A DNA stretch of 64,000 nucleotides, from NCBI GenBank assembly GCA_965219345.1, contig OZ244732.1, positions 544,001-608,000 of the forward strand. Reading direction: 5' to 3'. A program made the position numbers and the translations under genes. The stretch comes from Nitrosopumilus sp. GTDB lineage: Archaea; Thermoproteota; Nitrososphaeria; Nitrososphaerales; Nitrosopumilaceae. Numbering within the stretch: the first letter of the stretch is position 1; every line of letters starts with the position of its first letter. Under the pieces are notes generated by a model. The model had not been told where the DNA came from and did not search any database. It was given only the letters and a program-made list of their open reading frames with translations. Of the stretch, positions 20,699-31,059 are shown in pieces.

Positions 20699-21364
20699 AT
20701 GAGGATTTCAAACATATCTGTGCCTGAAATTGTAAGGGAAATAATTACCAGAAATCGTTCGATTTATGATTGTATGAAGATGGATATGATAAACTACACA
20801 GCATTGGCAGTAAAGATTCAACCAGAGATTGAAAATATTCTAGGAAATTCTGTTAATCTGAATACTGTGGTAGTTGCAATAAAACGATATGCAGATTCAT
20901 TTGAAACGAAAGAAGAAATCAAAGAAGAACCAGTTTTGAGAAATGCTAGATTATCTTTAACTGATGGAATTATGGATATTAAATTTTCAATTAAGGATTC
21001 AAATGAAATTGATCCTATGACAATTTTAGATAGATTCTCCAAGGTAACAAACAATTATGATTTTTTCAGACTATCTGATTCTTTTAGATTCCTTACAGAA
21101 GATATGGAAGACATTCGACAGATCTTCAGAAATGTTTCAAACAAAGATAATATGTTCAACACAGGTCTTGCAAAGATTAGAATCTCAATACCTACATCTC
21201 AGAACCAATCAGATGTAGTTTCTTATGTTGCTGAGGTATTACATGCCAGTGGAATTGAGTTAGAAAATGCATTTTTCAGCCAAGATAGTATCACTATCAT
21301 TCTAAACGAAAAGGATTCATCAAGGGCATATGATATCTTACATTCAGATATTATGAGAGCCTAA
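20699..21364 (+). CDS. Conserved archaeal protein with N-terminal HTH-like and C-terminal ACT-like domains
   Basis: INYTALA...VVVAIKRY N-terminus; ACT-like C-terminus. Confidence 0.7.
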   Translation: MRISNISVPEIVREIITRNRSIYDCMKMDMINYTALAVKIQPEIENILGNSVNLNTVVVAIKRYADSFETKEEIKEEPVLRNARLSLTDGIMDIKFSIKDSNEIDPMTILDRFSKVTNNYDFFRLSDSFRFLTEDMEDIRQIFRNVSNKDNMFNTGLAKIRISIPTSQNQSDVVSYVAEVLHASGIELENAFFSQDSITIILNEKDSSRAYDILHSDIMRA

Positions 21365-21432
21365 GAATCCCATAATTTTAATGGAAATATTTCTTATAGC
21401 ATATATTCACCCAATCTGTAAAAAGGGCACAA

Positions 21433-22791
21433 TTGGCTAGAAACAAGAAGAAAGTTGTGATTTTAGGTGGTGGTTTTGCAGGAGTAGAATGTGCTCGACA
21501 ATTAGAATCTGAATTTGGGAATGATCCTGAAATAGAACTAGTAATGGTAAGTGAAGATAATTTTCTGTTATTTACACCCATGCTACCACAAGTAGCATCA
21601 GGAATGATTGAAACTAGACATATAGTTATGCCTATCAGAACTATCTGTAAGAAAACAAAGTTCTATGAAGGTAGAATTAAAAATATCGATCCCCATGGAA
21701 AACTGGTAACTCTATGGGGAACTATGGATAAGAGAAGTATATCAATTCATTATGATTTTCTGATTATTGCGCTTGGTAGTGAGACGAATTTTTTTGGAAT
21801 GGCAGATGTGGAAAAAAATGCCTACACCATGAAGACACTCAATGACGCTGTGATGTTAAGAAATAGAGTTATTGATATGCTTGAACAGGCTGAAAATGAG
21901 ACCAACCCAATTCTTAGAAAAAGCTTTTTGAGTTTTGTTGTGGTAGGGGGTGGTTTTGCAGGAATTGAGACTGCTGGTGAGTTGATGGATCTACTTTTGG
22001 ATACACGAAAATACTATCCTACTATCCACAGAGAAGATCTCAAAGTTATCGTGTTAGAGGCATTACCAATGATTTTGCCAGGATTTGAACAAAAACTAGC
22101 AGAGTTTGCAAAAGATAAGATGGCAGAGAGGGGAATTGACATTAGATTAAAAACAGCAGTAACTAGTTTTGATGGAAATGAAGTTACCACAAAATCATTG
22201 GATGAAAATCCAAAAAATTCTATAGATGAATCGAAGATTGATGCAATTAGAACAATGACTTTGATTTGGACTGCAGGGGTAACTCCTGTTAACACAATCA
22301 AGAGATCAATATTCAAGACTGATAAGGGCAAAGTCATCGTTAATGACCATCTTGAGGTTCAGGACTTTCCAGGAGTTTTTGTGGTTGGGGATTGTGCATT
22401 ATTTTTAGATCCTGAAACACAAAGACCATTTCCTCCAACTGCACAAATTGCTGAAGCTCAAGCAAAAACAGCATCTAAAAATTTAAAGGCATTAATTAAA
22501 AATTCACAAAAAGAAAAATTCGTATATCATTCTAAGGGACAAATGGCAATTATTGGTAAGAGATCAGGGATTGCTACATTATTGGGAATGAACATCTCTG
22601 GATTTTGGGCATGGTTGATTTGGAGAAATGTCTATCTTTCAAAAATTCCAACTTTTAATAAAAAATTTAGAGTGTTACTTGATTGGGTTATCGATTTGTT
22701 CTTTGATAGAGACATTTCTAGACTAAAACTAATGAAGCGTGAAACTGAGAAGGAATACAAGTTACTTGATGAAGTAGATGATGTTTGGTAA
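21433..22791 (+). CDS. Type II NADH dehydrogenase-like FAD-dependent oxidoreductase
   Basis: Two GGGFAG Rossmann motifs, FTPML, WTAG, GDCA, PPTAQIA. Confidence 0.9.
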   Translation: MARNKKKVVILGGGFAGVECARQLESEFGNDPEIELVMVSEDNFLLFTPMLPQVASGMIETRHIVMPIRTICKKTKFYEGRIKNIDPHGKLVTLWGTMDKRSISIHYDFLIIALGSETNFFGMADVEKNAYTMKTLNDAVMLRNRVIDMLEQAENETNPILRKSFLSFVVVGGGFAGIETAGELMDLLLDTRKYYPTIHREDLKVIVLEALPMILPGFEQKLAEFAKDKMAERGIDIRLKTAVTSFDGNEVTTKSLDENPKNSIDESKIDAIRTMTLIWTAGVTPVNTIKRSIFKTDKGKVIVNDHLEVQDFPGVFVVGDCALFLDPETQRPFPPTAQIAEAQAKTASKNLKALIKNSQKEKFVYHSKGQMAIIGKRSGIATLLGMNISGFWAWLIWRNVYLSKIPTFNKKFRVLLDWVIDLFFDRDISRLKLMKRETEKEYKLLDEVDDVW

Positions 22792-24336
22792 TTAGGAAAA
22801 ATTCTGTTTGATAAGTTGTTTTCTAATTTTATAGATAATTATTGTTGGTGCTACAAAATACATTCCAACATTCATCAAAATTATTCCAATTCCATAAGAT
22901 AATATTTCTTGTTCAGAATCAATCTCTGCAAAGTTTAGAATCGACAGTGTAGATAACATTGGAGTGATTGAGAGTTTTACAACTTGTTTGAAAACAGGAT
23001 ATTCACGTTCCAGATCAGCAATTGTTGGTGAAAATGAGTAGTAGAATTGATTAAATCCAGTCATAAATGCAATTCCAGATTCTGTTGATAAGAGAGTATT
23101 ATCTCTAAGCTCTCTTAGTTGTTGTACTTGAGGAGTTAATTCAGAACCAAAGGCGGCAGTCGCAATCAAACATCCTCCTCCCTCTTCTATTGGTTCTCCA
23201 ACAGATTCATCTATGGATGAATCTTGGGAAAATATTTCAAAGGAATTAATTGTTTCTTCAAATCCTGGAAGTTGAGAATCGAATTCATCTACACCATTAG
23301 TATATGCAAGTGTGTAAAATTTTTCAGTACCAAAAACCAAAACTTCTTTAAATTTTATATCCAAATTTTCGCCGCCTGATGAAAAATATCCTTCTGCATT
23401 AATTGCATATGCCTTGATGCCGTTGACAGTTGTTAGATGCTGTGAAATTATAGACAAACTTCCCAATTCAAGTGCTTCCTTTAATGTTTCTTTTTTGTCA
23501 GAAATAATTTCAGCAAGAGTTCTTTGATTTGTTTGTTGTATTGTTAATGTAATTACTGGATTTATCACTCCTATTTTTGGCCCCACTGCAACTACATCTG
23601 GAGAATTTTCTTGTGTTTTTTCAGGTTGTTGTAAGAACCAGCCTTCAGGTGCGCTAAATGCAATTCCATGTTCACTACTTTCAAATTTCTGATTATCAGC
23701 TGGCGGAATTATGGCAGGTAGTTTACGTTCAGACTCAGATAATTCAAGAAGATTTGAAATCTCAGAACGGCTAACAGTTGTAGCTTTTGTAATTTTGACT
23801 TGTTCTGTATCTAAAGGAACGTCTCTGTCACCAATTTGAACTGCTGCAATTTTATCAAGTGTCTGAAAACTTTCATCGGTCGCAATTCTACCAAATACAG
23901 TATATTGACCATCAAGAAAGTTAGAATTTTTGTGAACTATGAAAAATTGTGAGCCTCCACTGTTTGGATCAGCTGATCTTGCCATTGAAACAATTCCGCG
24001 ATTATGTTTGATTGTATTAAATTCAGCATCTACTCTTTCATCTGGGCCTCCCTGCCCCCAAGTACTTGGATCACCATCAATTGTATTTGGATCACCACCC
24101 TGAATCATAAAGCCAGGAATTATTCTATGAAAAAATGTTCCATCATAAAATTCTGATTCAGTTAGTCCAATGAAATTATCAACATGCTTTGGGGCATCCT
24201 CATGGAAAAACTCTATTACAATAATCCCAAGATTTGTTTCCAAGACAACTAATTTTTCATCATCAAGAGCAAATGCTTGATTCCCAACACTAGCTAAGAT
24301 TAATGAAACTGCAATCATCAAAAATATTTTATTCAA
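22792..24336 (-). CDS. Secreted cyclophilin-type PPIase with CFI-box-CTERM sorting domain
   Basis: FHRIIPGFMIQGGDP, SMAR, SQFFI; C-terminal GGGCLIATAAFGSEL...RDN plus TM. Confidence 0.92.
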   Translation of the reverse strand: MNKIFLMIAVSLILASVGNQAFALDDEKLVVLETNLGIIVIEFFHEDAPKHVDNFIGLTESEFYDGTFFHRIIPGFMIQGGDPNTIDGDPSTWGQGGPDERVDAEFNTIKHNRGIVSMARSADPNSGGSQFFIVHKNSNFLDGQYTVFGRIATDESFQTLDKIAAVQIGDRDVPLDTEQVKITKATTVSRSEISNLLELSESERKLPAIIPPADNQKFESSEHGIAFSAPEGWFLQQPEKTQENSPDVVAVGPKIGVINPVITLTIQQTNQRTLAEIISDKKETLKEALELGSLSIISQHLTTVNGIKAYAINAEGYFSSGGENLDIKFKEVLVFGTEKFYTLAYTNGVDEFDSQLPGFEETINSFEIFSQDSSIDESVGEPIEEGGGCLIATAAFGSELTPQVQQLRELRDNTLLSTESGIAFMTGFNQFYYSFSPTIADLEREYPVFKQVVKLSITPMLSTLSILNFAEIDSEQEILSYGIGIILMNVGMYFVAPTIIIYKIRKQLIKQNFS

Positions 24337-24409
24337 TAATTTTTTCCAATATGGCCTACTTAAAAGCCAATTGTATTAGTTTTTAACAAAGTCAAGTAAT
24401 TCAACCGAT

Positions 24410-24901
24410 ATGCAATCTGATGAGAAGATTCAGGCTCACCTAGTTTCAATATGGAGAGAGTCTAAAAAGTTCTTTTCAATTGGTGGAAAAGAAGGCATGT
24501 TAATACTAACTGACAAACATTTGATGTTTGTACATAAGACAGAATCTATGATGAAGTGGTGGAAGGCTGTTACTCAAAGGCAGGTGATTAATTTTCTCAG
24601 ATCAAAGAATACAATGATTATTCATGATGGTTATGAAGAAGGGGAACTAATGAATGATTTAGAAAATAAGAAAAATATCGAATTAGCGTTTGATGATATT
24701 TCCAGTGTTAGTTTTGAAGAAAAGGTTTGGGGAAGTGCATTATTGTTAGAGTATGAAAAAGACGGAAAACAAGAAAAATTTCAATATGCGATAGCACAAG
24801 ACTGGGTAAAGTACCCTGCAAAAGAGCCAACAAAATACATGAAAGTAGATTGGAAGCCTTTTGTGCAATATATTAAAGACAGACAAATAGTTACGAAGTA
24901 A
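24410..24901 (+). CDS. Hypothetical protein (PH-like fold possible)
   Basis: GMLILTDKHLMF beta-strand pattern. Confidence 0.65.
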   Translation: MQSDEKIQAHLVSIWRESKKFFSIGGKEGMLILTDKHLMFVHKTESMMKWWKAVTQRQVINFLRSKNTMIIHDGYEEGELMNDLENKKNIELAFDDISSVSFEEKVWGSALLLEYEKDGKQEKFQYAIAQDWVKYPAKEPTKYMKVDWKPFVQYIKDRQIVTK

Positions 24902-24903
24902 AA

Positions 24904-25620
24904 TTGGGAAAAGTTTACGCTGTTGGTGTTGGGCCTGGCTCGCCAAAATATGTAACTGAAATTGTAAAAGAGATTATTCAGAATTGTGATATTGTAATTG
25001 GCTATAAATACACATTAAAGACAATAGAGTATTTGATTGAAGGAAAAGAGATCTATGAAATTACTATGAAAGATCAGGAAGAATCCTATCAAAAAATTGC
25101 CCCTGAGCTTGGTGATAAAATATTAGTAATTCCATTTACTGGAGATGTGAATTTTTCTGAGTCAGAAGTTGTGGATAGATTAATAGAAATTTTTGGTGAA
25201 GTTGAGATTGTTCCTGGAATCAGTTCAATTCAAGTCGCTGCGTCAAAAGCTCAAGTTCCTCTTGATAAATCCAAAGTAATTACAATGCATGTTACAACCC
25301 CAATTGAAGATAAGAAATTAGAATTGCGAAAGGCATTGATTGATGGTTTTAGTGTGGTTTTAGTTCCAAGGCCTTGGCCAAATCAACCAAACAAACACTT
25401 TATGGCATCAGAGATAGCTGTTTATCTTCGAGAGCATGGTTTTGATACTGCTAAAATTAAAGTTCATGTTTTTGAGGCTATAACAACTGAAAATGAAACT
25501 AGTTTTGTAGGAACTGTGAAAGATTTAGAGGGAAAAGAGTTTTCTGATTTGTCCATAATTGTGTTTAATCAGACAAGTTTGGATTCATACATGAATTATA
25601 GATGGCAGTGGGAAAACTAG
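24904..25620 (+). CDS. cbiE: Cobalt-precorrin-7 C5-methyltransferase (tetrapyrrole methylase)
   Basis: VGVGPGS, TGD, VPGISSIQVAA. Confidence 0.8.
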   Translation: MGKVYAVGVGPGSPKYVTEIVKEIIQNCDIVIGYKYTLKTIEYLIEGKEIYEITMKDQEESYQKIAPELGDKILVIPFTGDVNFSESEVVDRLIEIFGEVEIVPGISSIQVAASKAQVPLDKSKVITMHVTTPIEDKKLELRKALIDGFSVVLVPRPWPNQPNKHFMASEIAVYLREHGFDTAKIKVHVFEAITTENETSFVGTVKDLEGKEFSDLSIIVFNQTSLDSYMNYRWQWEN

Positions 25621-26546
25621 TTGCCCAAGTTTTGTTCTTGGCCTAGATTCAAAGAATCAACATTTGTAAAGACATATGCAATAATTGTCATCCAAGGATA
25701 ATCAGGATCATATAGTCTGTAAAATCCTGAATCATCAAATGTTATACTAACTGATTTTCCTGGAATAATTTCCCCAGTTGAGATTCTTCCATCTTCTTCA
25801 AATGGAACATAACGATCATTCTTTTCTGTTCCGCTAAGAATACTGTGAGATACTGTATCGCCATTCACCATTGTAATGGTAGTTCCTGGTTCTATTGAAA
25901 TCCTATCTTGTGAGAAATATCTCAATCTAAGTGAGTCATATGCATTTTGTGTTTCAATTGCTTGACTTTTAGTAGATTCAAATTCATTGTAACCACTTGC
26001 AACGCCTTGTGAAGATGAGCCCATAAGAATAGAAATTGTAAGATCATCTGATTTTTCAGATACAGTTGATGTTGTTACAATTTTTGAGAGTGTAGATAAT
26101 TTTGTTGTGTAGATTATTTTGTAAGTTTCGTCTGGTGTTGTAATTCTACCAGTAAAACCATAAACTGATGCATCTTTACTTTCTTCAACTAGTCTTCCAA
26201 AGAAGCTAACTGAAGTATCAAATCCTCTTGAACTCTCAATGTCTCCATTAATTCTAATAAAACGGCCTTCACGCAAAAATTTTCCTTCTAAATTAGAGAT
26301 AACAAATTCATCATCATCTAATGTAATAAAACCATCTTCAGTTAGAAAGTCAATTGAACTTCCACGTTGTTGTTGAGAAGACAAACCTAGATCAAGTTCT
26401 GAAATTTTAATTGATTCCTCAGTTACCGCAAATCCAGAGCCCTCTAAAAGAAATGCCTGGTTCTCAGAAATTTCAGCAAATGATTCATTGATAAAATGTC
26501 CTGATGAAAATACAAGTAATGCTAATAGTGCTATGGTCAGCTTCAC
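25617..26546 (-). CDS. Secreted protein with C-terminal cupredoxin-like domain
   Basis: Signal peptide; I.PGTTITMVNGD..SHSI...G.I.PG.S...F...G.Y...WM pattern. Confidence 0.7.
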   Translation of the reverse strand: MKLTIALLALLVFSSGHFINESFAEISENQAFLLEGSGFAVTEESIKISELDLGLSSQQQRGSSIDFLTEDGFITLDDDEFVISNLEGKFLREGRFIRINGDIESSRGFDTSVSFFGRLVEESKDASVYGFTGRITTPDETYKIIYTTKLSTLSKIVTTSTVSEKSDDLTISILMGSSSQGVASGYNEFESTKSQAIETQNAYDSLRLRYFSQDRISIEPGTTITMVNGDTVSHSILSGTEKNDRYVPFEEDGRISTGEIIPGKSVSITFDDSGFYRLYDPDYPWMTIIAYVFTNVDSLNLGQEQNLGN

Positions 26547-26680
26547 GATAGATTTGTCTTCTAATTTGGTTTATAATTTGCTACTAAATTATTTTAGATA
26601 CAAGATATAGTATATCTAAACTCGAGCCTGTTTGAGGGTGATTTCATAAATTATTTGAAGAGAAAACTAATTCATCAGTT

Positions 26681-27754
26681 CTAAGGATCAACAACTGTAA
26701 TTTCTACAGTATCAGTATCAGTTTTCCCTTTAGGATCTGTTACTGTTAATTCAAAGACTGCTGTTCCTGTCGCAGAAGGTGTATAATCTGGTGTATCTGT
26801 GTTTGGCGCAACAAAGGTTCCTGCAGGACCGCTTAATTGAGTCCATGAAAATGTCAGGATATCTTCGTCAGGATCACTGCTTAAAGAACCATGTAGGCTG
26901 ATTAGAGTATTATTAGTTGTCGTGTCATCATCTCCTGCATCTGCTACTGGCGCTTCATTTCCACTTCCAACTATACCAGATGAAAAAAACGCTATGACAA
27001 ACATTGTGAAACTTGTAGTGACTGTTTGATTACCATAACTAGCTAAAATATCCACATTATATTCTCCTGGAATTGTTGGATATGGAACGTAATGTTCACC
27101 ATCCCAATTTCCATTTTCTGTTATTCCCTTGAATGTTGCAATAGTTTCATCACCTAATGAAATAATGGTAGTAATATCAACACCATCTAATCTTCCCTCA
27201 AACTCATGAGATTTTGGTTCTGCGTTTATTCTTCCATCAAAGGTTTGCACATCAAAATTAAAATCGTCATTCCAATACGTTCTAGAATCATGTGTTGATG
27301 TAATCTTTAATTCAGGTACGTATTGTTCCTGTTTTGCTGGTTTCGTTTCAGCTACTTGATCCTCAGGGAATTGAATAGTTGTATGAACTGAAAACTTGGT
27401 AAATCCCTGCTCGGTTGTAAAATATAGGTTAATGTCATAGTTTTCAATATTCATGTTTTTGTGACCATACATTATGATTCCCTCAGGTATGCTAGAAATT
27501 CTGAAATGATCACCTCCAATTTTTAATTCTGGTTCTGAAAGGACAGCCTCATCTCCATAAAATGATAGATAGATGCTCTCAAGTTGTGGATTGTTATGGT
27601 TAAGTGACGTTGGTTTGATCTCATCCTGACCAAACTTTATGTCAAGGGTAATTTCTCCACTTCTCGCATTTAATTCTGTATTCTCAAAGGAAGTGGCAAA
27701 AGATGGAGTAATTCCAGTCATTAGAGCAAAGATAATTAAAATTAAAAATTTCAT
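26681..27754 (-). CDS. Secreted protein with C-terminal PKD/REJ-like domain
   Basis: NEAPVADAG...SSDPD...TFSWTQLSG...FELTVTD. Confidence 0.8.
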   Translation of the reverse strand: MKFLILIIFALMTGITPSFATSFENTELNARSGEITLDIKFGQDEIKPTSLNHNNPQLESIYLSFYGDEAVLSEPELKIGGDHFRISSIPEGIIMYGHKNMNIENYDINLYFTTEQGFTKFSVHTTIQFPEDQVAETKPAKQEQYVPELKITSTHDSRTYWNDDFNFDVQTFDGRINAEPKSHEFEGRLDGVDITTIISLGDETIATFKGITENGNWDGEHYVPYPTIPGEYNVDILASYGNQTVTTSFTMFVIAFFSSGIVGSGNEAPVADAGDDDTTTNNTLISLHGSLSSDPDEDILTFSWTQLSGPAGTFVAPNTDTPDYTPSATGTAVFELTVTDPKGKTDTDTVEITVVDP

Positions 27755-27816
27755 AGTATGTGGTTCATCTCATCATATTTAGACTGATCAAGTAAATCCA
27801 TAGTAAATCCTAAAAA

Positions 27817-28350
27817 TTAGAACCCAGACATTTCAAGGCCTTCTTGGGCTAATTCTATCATATAAAACTCAAGATATCCTCCTGCCAAAAGAAGACCCAC
27901 TACAATTCCAATCTCTATAACTGTTGGTTTGATAAATGAAGTAAAACTGATCTTTTTGATTACTGCTTGAATTAATATGAAACTTCTAGAGATGCCCAAA
28001 GAATATGCAAAAACTTCCATCAGCCCAAATGGTGATAAGAAGAGTATTGAGAGTGGGTGAATATCTGCTATTTCAGGAACTGTAGAAGCTATTGCGGCAA
28101 AAGCAAATCCTGTGGACCAAGCAGAGAAAAGCCCCCAAGCAACCCCAAACCCAGGAATAAACATCGGTAGTGCAATGGTTGTGTTGTGTGTAAAAATTCC
28201 AAACGCATCAATATCTAAAACAAGGTCTTCAAATTCAGCCATGAAGGCTTCAGCTTCTTCTTCACTTACAGAAGACATTGAGCCTATTTGATAAGTGGCT
28301 GCAAAAATTCCTAGAAACACGAAAAATGTGATTGTTCTGATTTTATTCAC
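27817..28350 (-). CDS. SpoIIM-like membrane protein
   Basis: IFTHN, PFGLME, GYLE motifs; multi-TM. Confidence 0.75.
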   Translation of the reverse strand: MNKIRTITFFVFLGIFAATYQIGSMSSVSEEEAEAFMAEFEDLVLDIDAFGIFTHNTTIALPMFIPGFGVAWGLFSAWSTGFAFAAIASTVPEIADIHPLSILFLSPFGLMEVFAYSLGISRSFILIQAVIKKISFTSFIKPTVIEIGIVVGLLLAGGYLEFYMIELAQEGLEMSGF

Positions 28351-28413
28351 ACTGCCTTCTCATTTGAACAATATTTGAGGGTTCGGTGCTAGGCGCAGAT
28401 TTAATTAAACCAG

Positions 28414-29874
28414 ATGATATTTTTTGATATGAAAAAGGAGCTTACCTTTGCATTAAACTATGCATTAAACAAAGGATTCCAGATCCATCCAGATGCTTTT
28501 AAAATCTTAGAAAATTTAGATGTTCAAAAATTAGAGAAGATCATAAAAGAAGTTGTTAGAGAGAAGACCAAACAAAAATTATTTCAGATTAATCAAGATG
28601 ATTTAGAGACATATCTTGGGATTAAAGAGGACCCAGCACTACAAAGTGAAATTAAGGTATTATTTGATCCTACCACCAAGATAACAACAGGAGAGGGGGT
28701 TAAAGGGTATAATGCCTTGTTTTCCAGTCGTTTTAACAAACTCAAAAAAATAATTTCAGACAGACCAGAATCAAAAAAACTCAAATCCATAGCTATTGTA
28801 AAAACTGCAAAATTAGAAGATGATATGTATGTGTGCGGTCTTGTCACTACAAGAAATTCCGAGAGAAATATTACAAAGTTGGTTTTAGAGGATCCATCAG
28901 GCTCGTTTGAGGGTATTGTTTTTGACAGTGAATTACAAAAGATTGCAGGCACACTTCTGACTGACCAATTCGTTATGGCAAGGATAAGCCTAGGAAAGAA
29001 TTTCGGATTTATAATAAAAGATCTTATTCAGCCTGACATTCCAGATCAACCCATCAACAAGTCAGAGACCGAAACATATGCTGTCTTTCTTTCAGATCTG
29101 CATATTGGAAGCAAGTATTTCATGGAAGAAGAATTCAGTGAATTTGTTTCGTGGTTATTAAGTCCTGACCCAGTTGCAAGGAAAATTCGTTTTGTCTTAA
29201 TTGGTGGAGATGTAGTAGACGGGGTTGGGATTTATCCAAATCAGGATAAAGAGTTAGTTTGTCAAACCATCGAAGAGCAACTCAAAAAGGTCAAGGATTT
29301 GATCAGTAAGATCCCAAAAAATGTGAAGGTCATAATAATGCCTGGAAACCATGATCCTGGAAGAAGAGCTTTACCACAACCGGCTATACCAAAAAAATAT
29401 AATTCAGGTTTGTGGGAAATGGAAAATGTAGTTATGGTTGGAAACCCAGCCGTTGTTTCATTGAACGGAGTAAAGGTAATGATGTTTCATGGGCAAAGTA
29501 TTGACGATATTGTAAAGACCACACCTGGTCTTAGTTATAACAAACCAACAAACGTGATGAAGCATCTTCTTAGGGCAAGGCATCTAAGTCCAATTTATGG
29601 TAGTCAGACACCCATAGCACCCGAGATGGAGGATCTTTTAGTAATTGAGAATGTTCCAGATATCTTCCATGTAGGTCATGTTCACAGGGCAGAATTGGAT
29701 ATGTATAAGGGAATTTTACTGGTAAATTCTGGTTCATGGCAAACTCAGACACCTTTTCAGGCTAGTGTTGGAATGACCCCAAACCCAGGAATTGCAATTG
29801 TGGTAAATTTAAAAACTTTTCAAGTCTTTCATCAAAATTATAATTCAAATTCAGAGAATATCCTTCAAAGTTAG
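28414..29874 (+). CDS. polB: DNA polymerase D small subunit DP1
   Basis: OB fold plus calcineurin-like motifs SDLH, GDVVDG, PGNHD, HG, GHVH, NSGSWQ. Confidence 0.95.
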   Translation: MIFFDMKKELTFALNYALNKGFQIHPDAFKILENLDVQKLEKIIKEVVREKTKQKLFQINQDDLETYLGIKEDPALQSEIKVLFDPTTKITTGEGVKGYNALFSSRFNKLKKIISDRPESKKLKSIAIVKTAKLEDDMYVCGLVTTRNSERNITKLVLEDPSGSFEGIVFDSELQKIAGTLLTDQFVMARISLGKNFGFIIKDLIQPDIPDQPINKSETETYAVFLSDLHIGSKYFMEEEFSEFVSWLLSPDPVARKIRFVLIGGDVVDGVGIYPNQDKELVCQTIEEQLKKVKDLISKIPKNVKVIIMPGNHDPGRRALPQPAIPKKYNSGLWEMENVVMVGNPAVVSLNGVKVMMFHGQSIDDIVKTTPGLSYNKPTNVMKHLLRARHLSPIYGSQTPIAPEMEDLLVIENVPDIFHVGHVHRAELDMYKGILLVNSGSWQTQTPFQASVGMTPNPGIAIVVNLKTFQVFHQNYNSNSENILQS

Positions 29875-31059
29875 TTCATCTTTGAAGGCCTTTTTTACCA
29901 TTTCAGTTGAGATCTCAAGTTTGTATTTTTTTGTCCTACCATGAATTCCTTGATGAACTAATCTTCCAGTGATAATTCCAGATAATTCAATCTCACTTAG
30001 CATTTGAGTAATCCTCCTGTTTGTAAGCTCATCACGCCCAACTGCCTTACAGAGGTTTTTGTATGACGAGTAAATCTCGCCAGTGGACGAACCGTTTGCC
30101 TTCATAATTGCAAGAATAATCAGTTTTTCGTGAAGTGGAAATGCTTCCAGAGATGTTTCCTCTTTATTTTCTTCAATTTTTTGTTTGGCTTGCTCAACAT
30201 TTTTTGTTGTAACTTTGTCTGATTGTTGTCGTTCGGCAATCTCTCCTGCAACACGAAGTAAATCTATTGCCCTACGGGCATCACCATGTTCTCCTCCTGC
30301 TAGTGCTGCACATAGATTTAGGGCTGATTCCTCAACAGAATTCTCTACAAAGGCTTCACTGATTCTTTCTTCAAGAATTTTTTTAATTTGTTCAACATTA
30401 TAGTTTGTAAAGACAATCTCCTCCTCGCCTAGGCTGCTAATTACTCTAGGGTCTAGTTTTTCTTTGAATGTTAGATCGTTTGAAATTCCCACCAAAGTTA
30501 GGGAGCTTTGTTTCAGTCTCTCATTTGCTCTAGTAAGTTGGTATAGAATATCCTTGCCTGTTTTTGCCACTAGTTGGGCAAGATAATCAATCTCATCAAT
30601 TACAAGAATTGTGTTAAGTTTTCCTTCATCAATCTTATGGAGGAGTCTTTTGAAAACCTCGCTTATTGCCAAACCGGTTGTGGGTAATTCCTTCTCATTT
30701 AGGCCTAATTGCCTACCTAGGCTGACTAGTAATCCGTAAAGTGTTGTTTCCTCTTTCGAGTTAGAATAAACCACTTTAATTGGAAATTTGGATTGCCTAA
30801 CCCTTTCTTGTATTTTAGAGATTACTTTTTTGACAACTAGTGTTTTACCAGTTCCGGGTTTTCCATATACCAAAAGGTTGGATGGTTTGGATTGTTTTAG
30901 TATGGGTAATAGTGATTGAGTAACTTGCTCCTGTTCAGAATCTCTATGTAGAATAATATTTGGTATATATGTAAAGTGTAGAATATCCCTGTTTTTTATG
31001 ATAGATTTTCCGGATTCTGCTGCATCAAGCAGCCTGTCTATTGGGTCGGTCATACTCAC
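29851..31059 (-). CDS. cdc6: Orc1/Cdc6 replication initiator
   Basis: GKPGTGKT, DEID, RVISSL, GDARRAIDLL, C-terminal wHTH. Confidence 0.96.
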   Translation of the reverse strand: MSMTDPIDRLLDAAESGKSIIKNRDILHFTYIPNIILHRDSEQEQVTQSLLPILKQSKPSNLLVYGKPGTGKTLVVKKVISKIQERVRQSKFPIKVVYSNSKEETTLYGLLVSLGRQLGLNEKELPTTGLAISEVFKRLLHKIDEGKLNTILVIDEIDYLAQLVAKTGKDILYQLTRANERLKQSSLTLVGISNDLTFKEKLDPRVISSLGEEEIVFTNYNVEQIKKILEERISEAFVENSVEESALNLCAALAGGEHGDARRAIDLLRVAGEIAERQQSDKVTTKNVEQAKQKIEENKEETSLEAFPLHEKLIILAIMKANGSSTGEIYSSYKNLCKAVGRDELTNRRITQMLSEIELSGIITGRLVHQGIHGRTKKYKLEISTEMVKKAFKDELTLKDIL

